64,000 nt of DNA, from contig NC_134036.1 in NCBI RefSeq assembly GCF_964204645.1, positions 11,263,859-11,327,858 on the forward strand, written 5' to 3'. Positions 39,781-54,325 of this stretch are shown here, piece after piece (position 1 is the stretch's first letter; every line of letters begins with the position of its first letter). Under the pieces are notes generated by a model. That model was not told where the DNA came from and did not search any database. It saw nothing but the letters and a program-made list of their open reading frames with translations. The translations under genes were made by a program, and so were the position numbers. The DNA is from Tubulanus polymorphus. Its lineage: Eukaryota; Animalia; Nemertea.

Positions 39781-42222
39781 ATGCTGTGGCATTGTAGCAT
39801 CTGCAATTACTTTAACAGGGATCCTTATAAATTCCAAAAACATTTGTTGGCGAAACACAAAAATGCTCCAAATTTTAGAATAAACTGTCAATTCTGTGGG
39901 GCCACATATGCTAATTTTTCACTCATGTAAGCAGGCACCATAGAGTAGAACAAGATAATGTGAATGAACAGGAACCTGTTAATGATGCTGGTACGCACAA
40001 TGAAGATGAGGGGATGGAAATAGACAATTATAATACTGACGTTGAGCAACATGCTAATTTCAAAAAGCGTATTGGGCAGTTTTTGCTCAGTTTACGTGAA
40101 GGTGCTCAATTTAGCCATCAAGCTACCCTAAGGGTTATTGAAAATGTGGAAGATTTATTGCAGGATATGAATTTCATTATAAAAGAAAACCTTTTTAATC
40201 AACTTCCTAATTTGACTGATGAGGAAAAAGATATTGTCAGTGGATGTTTTGCTGATAGAGAAAACATTTTTGAAGGTTTAAGATCGATTCATAACCAGAA
40301 TAAATATTTTTCTGAGGTTTTCGATATAGTAAAACCAATTGGAATTGTTTTAGGTTATCAATTAAGAAAAATTAAATTCAAAGGGAAGTTTCGGTATAAG
40401 AGAGTACCTGCAATAGGATATTATATACCATTACTCGAGACCCTTACAAATTTACTCAATCAGTCAGATGTAAAGCAATGTGTAGAATCTGGTCCGTATG
40501 ATAGTGCAAATGAATATTTACATGATATGTGTGATGGAAAATTTGTGAAAAATCATCCTGTTTTTATTGCAAATCGAAAGACATTGTCTTTTCTTGCATA
40601 CGATGATGACATAGAAATTGTTAATCCCATTGGGACTCACACTAAAAAGCACAAAATCGTTCCTTTTTATCTAATGCTGTGCAATATTCCCACAAAGATG
40701 CGTTCCAAATTACCAAATATAATGTTAATTGCAGTGGCAAAGAGGAAAGACATAAACAAATTTGACAAAACTTTTAAGAAACTTCTAGCCAATTTTGTGC
40801 ATGATATAAATGTATTATATAATGGGCACACATTACTTCTAAAAACTTGACCATACCGAACTAATGGGGCTTTAATTTGCTTTTCAGCAGACACTCCAGC
40901 CTCAAATGAGATAGGAGGTTTTAAAGAGGGTGTGGGTGGTGCCAAAAAGCCTTGTAGAATATGTGAAATCAAAAGTGAAAATCTAAATACTTGTTTCCAT
41001 GCTGATGATTCAGAAAAAAGAGATGAAGAAGAACACCTAGCAAGGTGTGATTATCTTGAGGAACTTGATGGGCAGGAAAGGAAAGCAATGAGTATAGAGT
41101 ATGGTATAAACTATAGATCTACTCTTTTAGATGTTAAAGGGTTCAGAGTCACGGAATGCTTGGTAATGGATGTGATGCATGTGCTATTAGAGGGTGTTTG
41201 CCCAATGGAAACGAAATCGCTTCTTTCAAGGCTTATAGATGATAACCTTATTTTCCTAAGTGCATTAAACAGTGCTATTGAAAACTTTGAATATAGCTTT
41301 TTAGATCAAAAAGACAAGCCTCAAGCAATTGACAAAAAGCTCCTTAACAATCAAACTAGTGGAAAGCTTGGTCAAAGTGCACAGGAAATGAAAATTCTTA
41401 TGTTTATTTTACCTTTTATTATTGACATACCTAATCACAATGAGTACTGGAAAAATTGGCTGCGGTTACAGAAGATTAACAGATCTCCAGTAATATCGGA
41501 GGATACCATGACATTTTTGGAGATTCTTGTTACTCAGCATAATCAAAGATTTCGAGACTTATACCCAGCTATTAACATTACTCCTAAAATGCACTATTTG
41601 CTGCATTTGCCATCACAAATGGCTATGTTTGGCCCCATACGAAACCATTGGTGTATGCGGTTCGAGGCTAAACATGCCTACTTCAAGCAACTTCGATGGA
41701 AAAACTTCCAAAATATCCCCAAATCAATGGCTGTCAAACATCAGCGGTGGCTCACTTACAGCTTTAGTAGCAATTTTCTCAAATAACACGATACTGTCTG
41801 TATGGGTTCTATGTTAGATATCAATGTACATAATCATGTAGATATTATGACAATGTACCTTATGGCAAAGGATCCAGATTTCACAATAAATAGGGCCATG
41901 GTGAGCCCAAGGGTTCTAGCAAATGGACATTGTTACATGCCAAATGAAATTCTCCTGCTTGGCTTTGAAGAAGAATTACCGTGTTTTGTCAGAATCGTCG
42001 ATGTGTTAGTTTACAAAGATACCAAGTATCTTTGTGTTTGTCAGATGGATATTCAACATTACATACAGTCTATCTCGCAATGCATACGAAGTTCGTCCTG
42101 GCGAACATATACTTATGTTATGCGCAGATGAGCTGAAATTCCCTTGGCCACTACCCAAGGTTATCAATGATGAATCATGCTATGTGTTGCTGTGTTATTC
42201 GCCGCTTGTTAATTTAGCATGA
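39781..42222 (+). pseudogene. EnSpm-type transposase with N-terminal C2H2 finger
   Basis: CSIC..HLLAKH; LAYDDDIEIVNPIG..KKHKI; SADTPASNEIGGFKE..PCRIC; DVMHVLLEG; TPKMHYLLH..FGP..WCMRFEAKH. Stops at 40848 and 41784, frameshifts near 39925 and 42060. Confidence 0.88.
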
Positions 42223-42473
42223 AAAGGTGTAGTATATATGGTGGCTGATTTAAAAAAAATTTTAAGATGACACTCGGTCCCCACCAATTTTTTTCTAATT
42301 CTACATTTTTCGTTTTAACGATGAAAACTGGTTTTAACGTGGTGTTAAAACGAAAAATGTAGAACTAGAAAATAATTGGTGGGGACCGAGTGTCATCTTA
42401 AAAATTTTTTTTAATCAGCCACCATATACTACACCTTTTCATGCTAAATTAACATGCGGCGAATAACACAGCA
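42188..42473. repeat. Long near-perfect inverted duplication covering the transposase 3' end
   Basis: Arms about 42188-42319 and 42345-42473. Confidence 0.9.
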
Positions 42474-42566
42474 GGTGAGCTAGTTTCATTTTTATTTCAT
42501 TTTTCATGTGGCCCGAATCAGCCACCATAGTAGTAGAATCAAGCACTGGTTAATTTGAAATTTTAA

Positions 42567-42787
42567 CCCATTAGCACTCAAGCCACCCAAATCCGTCCTG
42601 ACACTTTTTTCGTCTGCTACACAAAAACGTTTATAGTGGTATATATTACTACAAAATAAGACGAACTTGAAATACATGAAAATAAACTGGGAATGAGCTA
42701 TTCTGTATCGTAATAAATTTGGATTTTCCCTTGAATTTTCTGTGGAGTAATAGACACTACATAGTGAAATTCCTAAGTGCTAATGGG
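42567..42787. mobile_element. piggyBac-type MITE
   Basis: TTAA-CCCATTAGCACT...AGTGCTAATGGG-TTGA. Confidence 0.7.
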
Positions 42788-43109
42788 TTGAATGGATATA
42801 TTTTTGGCCGATTGCAATGGCTGGACAAATATTCTAATACTAATACATGAAAACATTTTTACTCAGATTGATGGAATCAGTGGAATTAACTGAATTTAGC
42901 AGCATATTTAGTTACATAATTGACCAGTTCGTGTCAGTGATATATCTGATCATATTAACTGATTAGGACTTGATCATATTACTTGTATGTATAATGAAAA
43001 CCATAAACAACAATGAATTTTTCAGTTACATCAAGGTTAATGTTGCACATAATCATCTTTCACCCCAGCTTATAATGGAGAATAGATTAGTAAAATGTAT
43101 CGAGCAAGC

Positions 43110-46100
43110 CACTAAATGAAAGGTCTGGATCTTCTGTACAACCTTCAATGATTTGCGCAAGAAAGGTATGAGCTTATTTTTAGGTATTTTCCTTGGTTGG
43201 ATCCTCTGTGGATTTATTGCATCTCTAGTTAGCCATTCAATATTAATTTCTTTACTTCATAAAATGCAGCAGTATGATAAGAAACTGTTTGACCTGATAA
43301 TTCCGACTCAAAATTGCCTACAATGATTATTTTACAGCAAATCATTCATCATTATTGAAAACTCAACTAAAAATTGTCATTTTAATTTTTACAGCTATGA
43401 TGACTAAGTTTGGATATCTGCACTTGCCGATGGTTGTCACCAGTGATGGAGCAGAGATATTAGATGAGGAGGTGTTCAGTTCCTTGAAAGTTGACGCATA
43501 TTATATTTGCAATGAAGATCCAATCACAATGGCAGGTGGACCTACATTGTTCTTTATAATTGACAGGCATCTTTTTTATTCCTATCAATCATCGTAAGAA
43601 ATTTTAAGTGTTTAGATTTGTACCCTTTTCTATAGGCCAATACGTAGTTATATTTTTGGAAACAAATATATTGGTTAGTTGCCATACTTATTGTTGTATG
43701 ATTTTTAACCAATATTGGAATTGGTGATATGAGTAATCTTACCAAAATGTCTATTGAAAATTGTTGATAAGAAAAGGTTGGATACCCATGCAAGTTAGCA
43801 TACCTGATATACACCAAACCACCACTTTGTAAGGTAGGGTACAAAATAAAACTTCCTGGTCCTGAAAAATTCTGTATTTCTGCCACTATATCTAGGTTCA
43901 TCTTGTTCATTCAACAAACTAAACATCACCAGCAAAATTGACTCGTTTTTGGATGACTCGTCATCACAAAGTTTGGATGAAGCATCGTCATCGGATACAG
44001 CTTCGCTTCATGATCATTCCTCTGATACTGGAGAATCTAATTTTCAGGTAATATATATAATGCTCGTTTGAAAATGTGATTTACTGAACTTTTAAACTCC
44101 CTAGAAAAGAAGCTGTTTTGTTTTGACCACTCCTAGCTTCTCTATACAGAAGGTATGGCACAATTGTATAGGTACCAAACTTCGACCCTCCCTAGCTATG
44201 CTGATTGTAAGTATGTAATCATATGTATGATGCTTAGTGTTATTCCCTTAGTTTTTCAGTAAATGAGATAATTTTTGAAAAGTGTCCTTTTTGCAAATGT
44301 TGTTACATCTTATAGAACCGCCCTTTTTCGGTTATATCTGCCCCCTTCCCCAAATTAAAATGCTGGTACGGCCCTGATGTCATTATATCAATGTGCCAGT
44401 AAATAAATGTAAAATTTCTATAAGGACTAATGAACAACGTATATGAGCTAACCTCCACCCTCTATCATTTTTTATTCTTAAAAAATATGAGAAAATCTGG
44501 ATTTCATTCTCATTTTAATTCACCCACTCCCTGATAATTAGAAACAAGGTAGTTTTTGTGCTGAGGCTTCCTTATGCTTATTTTATTTTTCGTTTTTCAG
44601 ATACCTATAATTAGTAATACGTTATCTGAAAGTTTACTAAAGTCACGCAGTTCTGCCATAGCTGTTTGGGATAATGTAGTAGCAGAAGTTGCCCACGGTG
44701 TTTTAGCTCAGATAGACATACGGAGGAAATCTGAATATGATCTGATTTGCAAAGAGATTGTTGAGAAATATCCAAATCTGAAGAGAGATGATGTGAAACA
44801 GGGTGAAAATAAAAGACAGAAGGCAGAAAAACCATGGGTATAAAACTTACAATAAGTTCATCTGTTCACATACAATAAGTTCATCTGTTTGGCATGTTTT
44901 GATAATGCTAATACATAACTGGGATATTCACAATAGAAAACCCAAGTGAAATTTTACCAGCGTAACCTATGTAATTGCTCCATTAGTAATTGAGCCAAAT
45001 TTCACTCTCTAAATATTTTGTTCATATAATGATGAAAAGAATGGCCTCAATGGAAAACTTGGTAAATTAGATAAAATAATTACAGGGTTTTGAATTAAGC
45101 ATTTTGTATCTTTATATTTTCATTAAGCAGTTATTCGCTTGTTTATATTTTAGAATTTCAATTTGCATTTCTAGGCGGCTTTTAAAAAAAGTCTATCACA
45201 GAAAATCCGACATATCAGATATGATTGCAAAACACCGAATGCTGTGAAGGATTCTTCCTTTGTAGTTACAGGTAGGTGCATCTCTCAATCAATCTCCTAG
45301 GAATATCTTGTTTTCTAATACACAGATTTCTTGAAGTTTTCAGAAAATAATCTAATAGCTTGATATCTTGAGTCAAAATATATTGTTTGATAGAAAAAGA
45401 TTTGTGAGAAATAATTACAAATTGTAAAAGTATTGTTACATTCCCAAATCAATCTTTCTAATCGTTTCTCTTTGCTTTTAAGCTGAAATAGTTTACCTAA
45501 TTTTGCTTTATCTTGCACAACAGTTAAACCACAAGACCCTTCTGATGAAAATTGTGTTCAAGCAGGTACTAGTAATGCTACATCAACGTCACAAAATCAT
45601 TCAGTAGAGCATAAAAATGACAAGGGAAACAGCCAAGACCCAGCAATCTGTCCGGACAATGTCGTGGATTCAGATTCTACCAAAAATGCTGAAGTTAGAG
45701 ACGGTAATTTACCTGGCTCTAGAAATACAATTGTAATTGCTTAAACATGTTTGATATTTGGTGCTCGTCTATGGCAAATTCTGCCCACTCAGTAAAAAAG
45801 TGCCAAAGTCATTGGTATTTTGCCCACTTGGTCTTCGCCAAATTGGAAAGTTGTCTCTCATAGTGTCATGAGTGTATTACCACATTTCGATCGAACTTTG
45901 GCTTTTCCTGTAATAAAGATACTTGTAGATTCTGTGACTTGAAGAACATGCTTATATGGTCAATCATCAAATATAATGCATTTACAAGCCTGCTTCATAT
46001 GTATTTTAGTTGCATTTTCCATGAAAAACTCCTTGAAAAACTTGGTGAAAGTATGCCGTTAGATCGACCACGAATAAACAAATTGATGGAGAAGACATTT

Positions 46101-48207
46101 GAGGCGAGAAGAAAAGAAATCATGAAATCTGGTGACATAGACGCTGTAATTGGAAAATACAAATTTTTCGACTTTATGCAATATGTAAGTCATCAAGAAA
46201 CCTAATCTCTAACCAATCATCTTCATCTTATGCTCATGATTCCAACCCTGATTCCACAATTGTAGTATCCCTTTTAGCCCACTTGGGACTTTAGTCCCAG
46301 CAGGCTGTTGCGTTCACTTTTCGTCCGTCGTCCGTCCGTTCGGACGTCCGTCCATAGACGGAATCCAGTTATTTTGAGAAGTTTTGAAGACGCTTCAATG
46401 GATTATCTTGATCTTTAGGTTATACATGTATCTACCCTAGATACATCTTTGAAAACGCTTTAAACAATTATCTTGATCTTTCACATATGTTTGTTTCCCC
46501 CTATGATGCATCAGTATGAGAAAAATTGGGTCGATCGGACCCAAGATGGCCGTCGTGTGATCTTTTTTGTGCCCAAAAGGTCATTTTTGCCCTCAATTCC
46601 AAGACCTGTAGCTTCCAAATAGTTAGTCTTGATATTTAATAAATAGTATCACTGTTGTAGTATTCATCTCACGTGGAATTGGTGTTACCCAGGTTTTCGC
46701 CACCAGGGGGAGTTGAATTTTGAATTATATACAATTTGCCTATTTCACGCTTGTCCCACAGTTAAGGTTAAATCTTTCTTGGCCCTCTAAAATCAGCTAA
46801 AAATAACTTTCAAATACGCAGCAAATACGTACACACGGTTGGCCATTAAAAAAAAACTTTGAAACTAATACTATTTCCAAAGTGGGCACTGTGACCCTGG
46901 ACACCTGGTTAAGCATTCGTCTATTAGTTTGATATCCTGTAAATTTTTGCCTTCAGATTATGCATGACTTCAAAATGCTAAATTTAACAGAAAGAGAATG
47001 CTTTCATAAGCGTTTCTTAGAGATGACTACGCAGTGTTCCTTGATGTTTAACATCGAACAGCAATTAACGGTATTTAGCAACACAGTATTTTTGTATACT
47101 TTGTTACATTTATATTAGATTTTGTTTATTAGCTCCAATATGGCCTGAAAGCTTAAGGGGTGAAATAAATCCTTTCCCTTCCTTAAGTTTTAATGGCAGA
47201 GTTAGTAAAAATTTTCTATAAGTTTTCATTAAATTAATTTCATTTCATTTAAGATATCGATAATGGTTATATCGAATAAAGCGGCAGAGCTTCCAACCTT
47301 TACTGACTACCACTAATCACTGAAAACATCTTGAGTAACCAAATACTTATGTTCTCAGTATCTGATTTGATATTTTTTCAGAACATCGAAACCATCAGTC
47401 TGATACAGCGAATAGAAGATCAGCTTGGTTATGGTAGTACTAGTTCTTCTATTTACAGTCAGATAAAGCTTAGCTATCCATATATCTGAATGCATGTAAG
47501 AATAACTGGAGAATCCAGTGAAAATAGCAAATTCAGTTAAATACATGCCATTGGAAAGACATTTAAGATTTTACCCAATTCAAATGAGATACATTGAAAG
47601 GCTTTTTCACTGTGCAACTGCGCATATATTCATACAATTCATGCATTCAAGCATTATCCGTTCTCCAATTTCTACGAAGCCGAATTTTGAAAAAGGGCCT
47701 CATTATGTTGAGCGGGAAGTGTATTTTGACAAATATAACCCACAGATTGCATTATTTATGAAAAAGCGACAGGCTGGCCATAGTGCCCCATGGGGCTCTT
47801 GTTTCTATCTTCTCTCTGATCAAATGATACATGTCATCACTTTGTAATCCAGACTTTTAATCTTTCATTCCTAGGCTGCTGATGTAAAGAATCCTTTGAA
47901 GTTCCCAAGGATTGTGTACAACCACAATTTGGAGTTCTTCATTCAAACCGCGGAACGTATGATTGAGTGCATAGAACATAACACTAGTGGCGCTTTGCAT
48001 GATCTCTTCGGATGTTATTATGTATTTGACATTAACTATCCGCGACAGTTCGCACCAATTTTGAATTTTCTACAAGTTGCATTGTTGAATGCGAAGATTG
48101 AAACGAAGAAGCAGCCAAAACTTGTGAAATTTCTTGCTGCATACTTTTCCAAAAATTTAAATTGGCGTGATAGACTATCAATCTATAGAAATCGTGTAAG
48201 AATATAA
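43110..48207 (+). pseudogene. EnSpm ORF2: CIDE-N-like N-terminus and SAMD3-like C-terminus, multi-exon
   Basis: Exons near 43110-43166, 43395-43534, 44601-44837, 45175-45271, 46010-46184, 46958-47070, 47875-48207. Motifs MVVTSDGAEILDEEVFSSL, LMEKTFEARRKEI, ALHDLFGCYYVFDINYPRQFAPILNFLQ. Start and intactness unresolved. Confidence 0.65.
46275..46910 (+). mobile_element. HINE / non-autonomous Helentron-like repeat in an ORF2 intron
   Basis: TAGCCCACTTGGGACTTTAGTCCCAG, (GTCC)n tract, 3' subterminal CCAAAGTGGGC. Homologous to 11541-12360. Confidence 0.75.
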
Positions 48208-50976
48208 AATATTTTGTAACAGGTTATATAGGTTGGCATATGTATAAATATCAGGTAAATTTTAATTCAGGTGAATTCAATACAGATGTAGTCTTAACTT
48301 ATTTTAGACTGAAAGTTTCTACAAGCTCCTTATACTGGGACAACTAACAGAAATTAATTTTTCCCTGGTTTTATTGTGATTTAGCTATTTTTTCATTATG
48401 TTTTGACACCAGAAGTCAGATAGATTGCCCATTTGTATACCTGATACTTGTATATATACATAATATGTAGCCATTTTCAAGAGAAATTTTAAAGAGATTT
48501 CAGGGTGAGTTTCTCAGTATAGTAATTAAAAAGATTTTTTTTTTTAATTCAATATTTACTCTCTTTATTATTATCTCTTTGAAACCGGATACCTTGAACT
48601 GGAATCATTTTGAAAAACATTCAAAAAATTGAATTTTTTTCAATTTATGATGATTGCTTTTTATGTTTGAGTTTAAGGAGCTTTTTTCTGTTCGAGTTTA
48701 AGGGGCTTTTTATGATACATGTTTGAGTTTAAGGGGCTGTCACAAAATGTACAGAGGTAGTACCACTCTAAAAGTGTTACTAGCAATTGCCTATTACAGC
48801 TCTACAACTTTTGGAGTACAGCGATATTTGTTTGGTATCTTGCAAGTTTTCAGATGTGGTATGTGTCCGGTATGAACATTGTCAAATGCAGTAACCGTGA
48901 AAAAGTTGGTACCATCTGGCATCTTTTACTAAATGGACCTAGATCACTTGTTGAGCTGATATTAGCTTTACACTTTCTAATGTAATTCTAAGTAACATTT
49001 TTTTTATTTTATGAGATTTCACTTCTAAGTATTGAAGTGAACTAAGTAAGAATTTTCTCATTTTGGTTATTTCGTCAGGCACATTTCTTGGACTATCATG
49101 ATTTATCCTGATAGATTTAGTTTATACAGTTATATACTAACGTGGTATTTTGTTAATTACAGTATTTGAATACAGAGAGGTATTAAAAAGTATTAAATCT
49201 TTTCGATCTCCACGAGAGATACACGTATAACCGGTCTCGGTTTAATGTTTTTGTTACGATAAAGCAATTGTTATATTGTTTTAATCAAACACAATGTGTT
49301 TAAAATTTAATAACGTGTTTGTATCTTTTCTGATATCTTGTATTATGTGTATGGTTGATTCTTTTCTGCTTTGGAGGAAAATCATTTGATCCCACTGCTG
49401 TATTCCAGGAAAAGTCTAGATTTGTTCTTCATGTGTTCTGAAAGTGGTCGATTCCTGTTCTGGATTTGTTCAGACCTAGAAGTGTTCCCGAAATATGTTC
49501 TGAAAAATCTGTTCAATAGAAGTGTTCTTGATGTCATACAAATGTTCTATCGTGTTCTAAATCTGGTGTTCTGGAGAAAAAGTGTTCTAAAATGTGTCCC
49601 ATTTTATGTGTTCTATTTTCGCGTTCTACGCGTTCCAAATATGTTTGTTGTTTTTAGAGTGCTCCGTCGAGCAGTTGGTCGCCCGGCGCCCGTATCTCCA
49701 GGACCCCAAATTTAACTGTGACTCATGGGAGGAAAACCTCACGTAGGAAACAGCGACCCGTCACACTAACTGATAGATTTAAAACCTAGTTGATAAGCCC
49801 ATAAAGTGCTGCCAACTTCTATTTGCGATTCCCGTAATGTTGCTTGAACCACCCCTCCTCCGAAATAAGTGTGGATTTTATAGTAAAATGATAACTTTAA
49901 TAGAAATTAGTACAAATTGCTGTTTTAAAGTGACCATTAATTTCGTTTATGGAACTATAGATCAGCATTTAAATCAAATTGATGTATTTTATTGACTAAA
50001 CGCAGACACAGATGCAACTTCACCCTAATTCTCGTTCAGACCAATTCCTAACCCATCTAAAGACAGAGACATTGACACAATGAAGACTCTCAAGTTAGAA
50101 CTTCGGAATTCCACTCATGGTGAAAGTATTTGATTCTGAATAATGCATTGAATGATTTAAATCATTTATTACGAATTTATCGCGAATAGAAAAGCAAACA
50201 ATGTAAAGTATGTTATAACTCTCTATGCCATTAATATTCAAACCCTTACGCTACAACGGACGGCTGTACCAGGAGACTTAAGTGGTGATCATCTACACCA
50301 TGTGGGCATACGTACATGTACAATATAATCGACGGTCATAGCAAACAGTCGTGCTAGTGTACATGCAGAATTGGATTCATTGTTATTATGGGATAATAAT
50401 TCACGAGCATCAAGAGTCCTACGATATACCCTTGATATGAAGCTTTTAAAAGTTTACCAGAGACTTGTATTGGAGTAAACCGAATAGCCCTTAAAATACC
50501 AATTCCACATGGCTTAACGGTGGGTGTCTATGCTTTGCGAGACAGTAGTAATAGATGTTTCACGACAAACGCACGATTTAAATATCTATTATACTTTCTT
50601 TCAATCCTCTATTATATTACATAACTGAGTAATTCTTACATTAGCAGTGCTGCCAAGTGTCCCGATTTAGGCGGAATCGTTACGCTTTGGTATAGAAAAA
50701 TACGCCGTTCTGACTCGTGCTTGAAAAATAGGATTTTAAAATAAAAATATCCCGATTTTACGATTTTTCTTGTCATTTTTATGATTTCCATAAACAAGTC
50801 TCAAATTTCATTTTGTTCGTAGCTCAATCATAAAAATCTACGTTAAAAAATATCGCGAGCCGACGATCGTCGATAAAGATTTTCGAAAGTGTCAAGTGAC
50901 TCCACGAGGTGGCGCCACCGGCTGGCTTGATATGCTCTCAAGACTATGGCGAGTGAGTGAATGAGAACGTTACAAA

Positions 50977-53923
50977 ATGGCGGCTACGACAGTTGTAAGT
51001 GACTTGTCTGAGCCTGAGGAGGTCGAAGAGGATGACTCAGGACCACCAAGTAAGAAAAAAAGAATGCAACGGTTTAAACAATCATATTCGTCAGCCTTCC
51101 CTTGTGTTACTAGCAGTAAAAAAGGAATCAACTACGCTTTATGCACTGTGTGCAGCTGTGAGTTTCGTGTCGGCCACGGAGGGATTTGCGATGTGAAGAA
51201 ACACTGTAATTCTACAAAACACGTAGAGACAAGTAATAATAAACATATTTCGTCATTTTTCAAAAAACCTCAATGTGTTGGTGGCACGACTAAAGCGGAA
51301 GTCCTATTTACCATGTTTCTTGTAAAACATAATTTCCCGTTAGCTGCTGCTGACCATGCTGGCCCTCTATTTCGCGAGATGTTCCCTGGTCACCAAAATG
51401 CGGTTAATTATGCTTGTGGAAGGACTAAAACAACACACATCGTTAACGTACTTGCCGATGATACAATCTCGAATGCTGTCGATGCCTTGAAAAATGGTCC
51501 ATTTGTTTTGGGAGTCGATGGATCGACCTTAAAGAATGAAACGTATTATCCAATTGTCGTACGTTACATCGATCGTTCGTTAGAAACTTGCACAAGACTC
51601 CTAGCTAATCCGGTTTGGAATTGTTCTCATGACGGTGAAGCGATATATAACGTGATAAAAGGAGAACTGTCGAAACATGATATCGAGTGGAAAAATCTTT
51701 TGTCACTCGTATGCGATAATTGCAACGTTATGACTGGTCGCCACAAGGGAGTGATAAAATTTGTCAAAGACCAACAGCCACAGATACATCTAGCTAGTTG
51801 TGTTAACCATTTGCTACATCTAGCTGCAAAGAGGGGTGTCAAAACTTTAAAGTCAAGTCTAAATGAAAATCTTATAAAAAGATTTTAGAAATCATTGCAA
51901 TTTGAATAAACTTGATCTAAAAAGCAAATACGTAATATTTGAATATTCTTAATTGGTTTGATGTAGGAATTTGCCATGGCAACTAAAATCAATTTCTCAT
52001 TAACTAAATGCCTACTGATTTTTTAGATGTTTATTAATTCCTCATTTGTTTTTTATCTCCCAGGACCTGTTTGATTTCGACGAGATTTTGAGACAGATGC
52101 ATTGGTATATCAATAAATCGAGTAAACGTGGTGACCATCTTAGGAGGTGTCAGGAAGCTTGCGGTGTGCCAACACACGAGATTCTGAGGCATGTTAAAAC
52201 TCGCTGGCTGTCTATGGGCTCTGCATTGGAAAGGTATATTTTACATATCAGCCTGTTTTAGGCCTTTATTTATTATACTATTGTCTTATATTTGTCCACT
52301 GTTTTACAGTTTATCGCTACGTATCGGTAAACTGTAGTCTGTTGAGATATTTTATGTAACACACTGTCGAAATTATGTATTATTTATTCACATTACTATT
52401 CTTATTGTCGTTATTATTAAGGTTAATTGAACAGTGGGATGCCCTTAAGATGTTCTTTGCTGAAGAATCAGGAAAAGATGATGATGATGATGATGATGAG
52501 AATGCCGAACTCCTGGAAGATGATGACGATGCTCCAGTGTCCGCTGCCACAATTAAAGTAAAGATTCACAACTTTCTCCAACGCAGAACAGCCAAATTGT
52601 ATACAGCATTCTTGATGAAAACAATAATGGTAAGATTGTATTGCAGTTAACAAAAGTGCTGAATATAAGAAACCTCATTTTCTTAGCTTTACTTTTTAGA
52701 TTTTAGATTTACTGATATTTCATCCCATGCGTCGTTTACTGTTTTCATTCATTTATATGTTTATTTAAGATATTGGAGAACATCAATGGTATCTTGCAAT
52801 CAGAGGCATCTCAGATCCACAAAGTCTACCGAACAATGGAGAGTTTGATGAAGAAGCTACTTGTGTGCTTTGTTAAAGTATCAGCATTCACTGCTGCTGG
52901 AAACTACTCCTCATTCAATGTTGACTACATGTCAAGATATAACATTAAGGATAAAAAAGACATATCAATTGGTGATGGTGCCCGTAAAGCTCTACGCCAA
53001 GTAAAATATGATACAGAAAAAGAGTTCTTCAAGCGGGTCGTTGGCTTTTATCAAGCAGTTTGTAATTACATGGTGAGCAGCCTCCTTAATCCGACAAAGC
53101 AGCCACTGTGGAAACATGCAGAGGTAGGAATATAGTGAATTGACCTGAAATCCCCCAAAAAATAGGTTTGACTGTATGCAATTTTAGCCAATTTTTAACC
53201 CTTTGAATTTTAGGTGGCAGATATTAAGTTAAGGTCAAAGGCACAATATGGCTCGCTGGTATACTTTCTCGATCGATTTCCAGTGATTCTCGGTGATTTG
53301 CCAACAAGAGATAACCTAGAAATGGAATTCCTTGAATTTCAAACAGTTTTGGAAGATGAATTGCCGAAGGATTTGTTTAAGAAGCAGAGTGAGCCCCCTG
53401 AGGATAGAAGTGCTGAAGACCAGTGGAGGCTTATATCTCAAATGAAGGATACCAATGGAAATGTAAGGTAAGAAATAATTTTGATTTTATTAAGAGAAAC
53501 TGGGACATAAAGTAATGATAATTTCATGATAGTTTTCCTGTTTAATAAGTTTAAGAATCCATACATTACCATTAATTTTATGCTTTCAGGCTGATTGATT
53601 TATTGAGGATAAAATCATGATACTATATTTTGAATTAAATAAGTATGCTAATTTCCGTGACCTTATTATTGATTTACAGATTTAAAGTTCTCACTAGGAC
53701 CATGTGTAGGGTCCTTCTTATACCTGTGAGCAACTCTCGTTGTGAAAGAATATTTAGTTTTGTGAAAAGGAATAAAACGGACTTTCGCGCTTCACTTGGT
53801 GAAAGAACCTTGGAATCGTTAATGGTTATGAAATCGCAACCAGGATGTTGTCACCAGTTCGAGCCATCAATGGGACTATTGAGAAAAGCAAAATCTGCTA
53901 CTCATCACGCTCTTTCAACTTAA
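50977..53923 (+). CDS. hAT transposase (BED-type finger, DDE core, dimerisation domain), six exons
   Basis: Exons 50977-about 51852, 52064-52233, 52422-52630, 52770-53123, 53214-53468, 53680-53923 (boundaries within 1-2 nt). Motifs CTVC..HC..KH, LGVDGST, VCDNCNVM, CVNH, TRWLS, IPVSNSRCERIFS. First donor is non-canonical. Confidence 0.88.
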
Positions 53924-54004
53924 TTTTCTCATATGTTTTGTTAGCCCACTTGTGTTCACTGTTCATCCGTCCGTCTGCATGTACAGTAGTGAAGAAGAGG
54001 TTTA

Positions 54005-54325
54005 AGAATATAAACAGTATTTGATAGATTTAGTCTGCAATAAGATGCAATAAACAAAGATCTCAACTGAAGTAGATAGTTGTTGGCAGTTCATAGTTTT
54101 ATTTTCTCTTAGAATATAAACAGTATTTAAAAGGGTTAACCAGCAATAGATGCAATAAACAAAGATCTCATTTGAAGGAAATATGTGTTGGCATAAATAG
54201 CTTTATTTTCTTTTAGAATATAAACACTAACAGTATTTGATAGGGTAAGTCTGCAATAAGATGCAATACATTCAGAGGTCTCGACTGAAGTAGATAGTTG
54301 TTGGCAGTTTATAGTTGTATTTTCT
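54005..54325 (+). repeat. About 105-bp tandem repeat x3 in the hAT 3' region
   Basis: AGAATATAAACA...GATGCAATA...GTTGGCA recurs three times. Confidence 0.75.

Larger units (their letters stand above)
38019..49661 (+). mobile_element. Full-length two-gene EnSpm/CACTA (CMC) transposon, decayed
   Basis: TIRs CCCTCTAAAAACAGGGAACATATTTCGAAC and (reverse complement) CACTCTAAAAACAACAAACATATTTGGAAC, with GAAC/GTTC subterminal motifs. Transposase plus ORF2 inside. TSD not matched. Confidence 0.82.
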
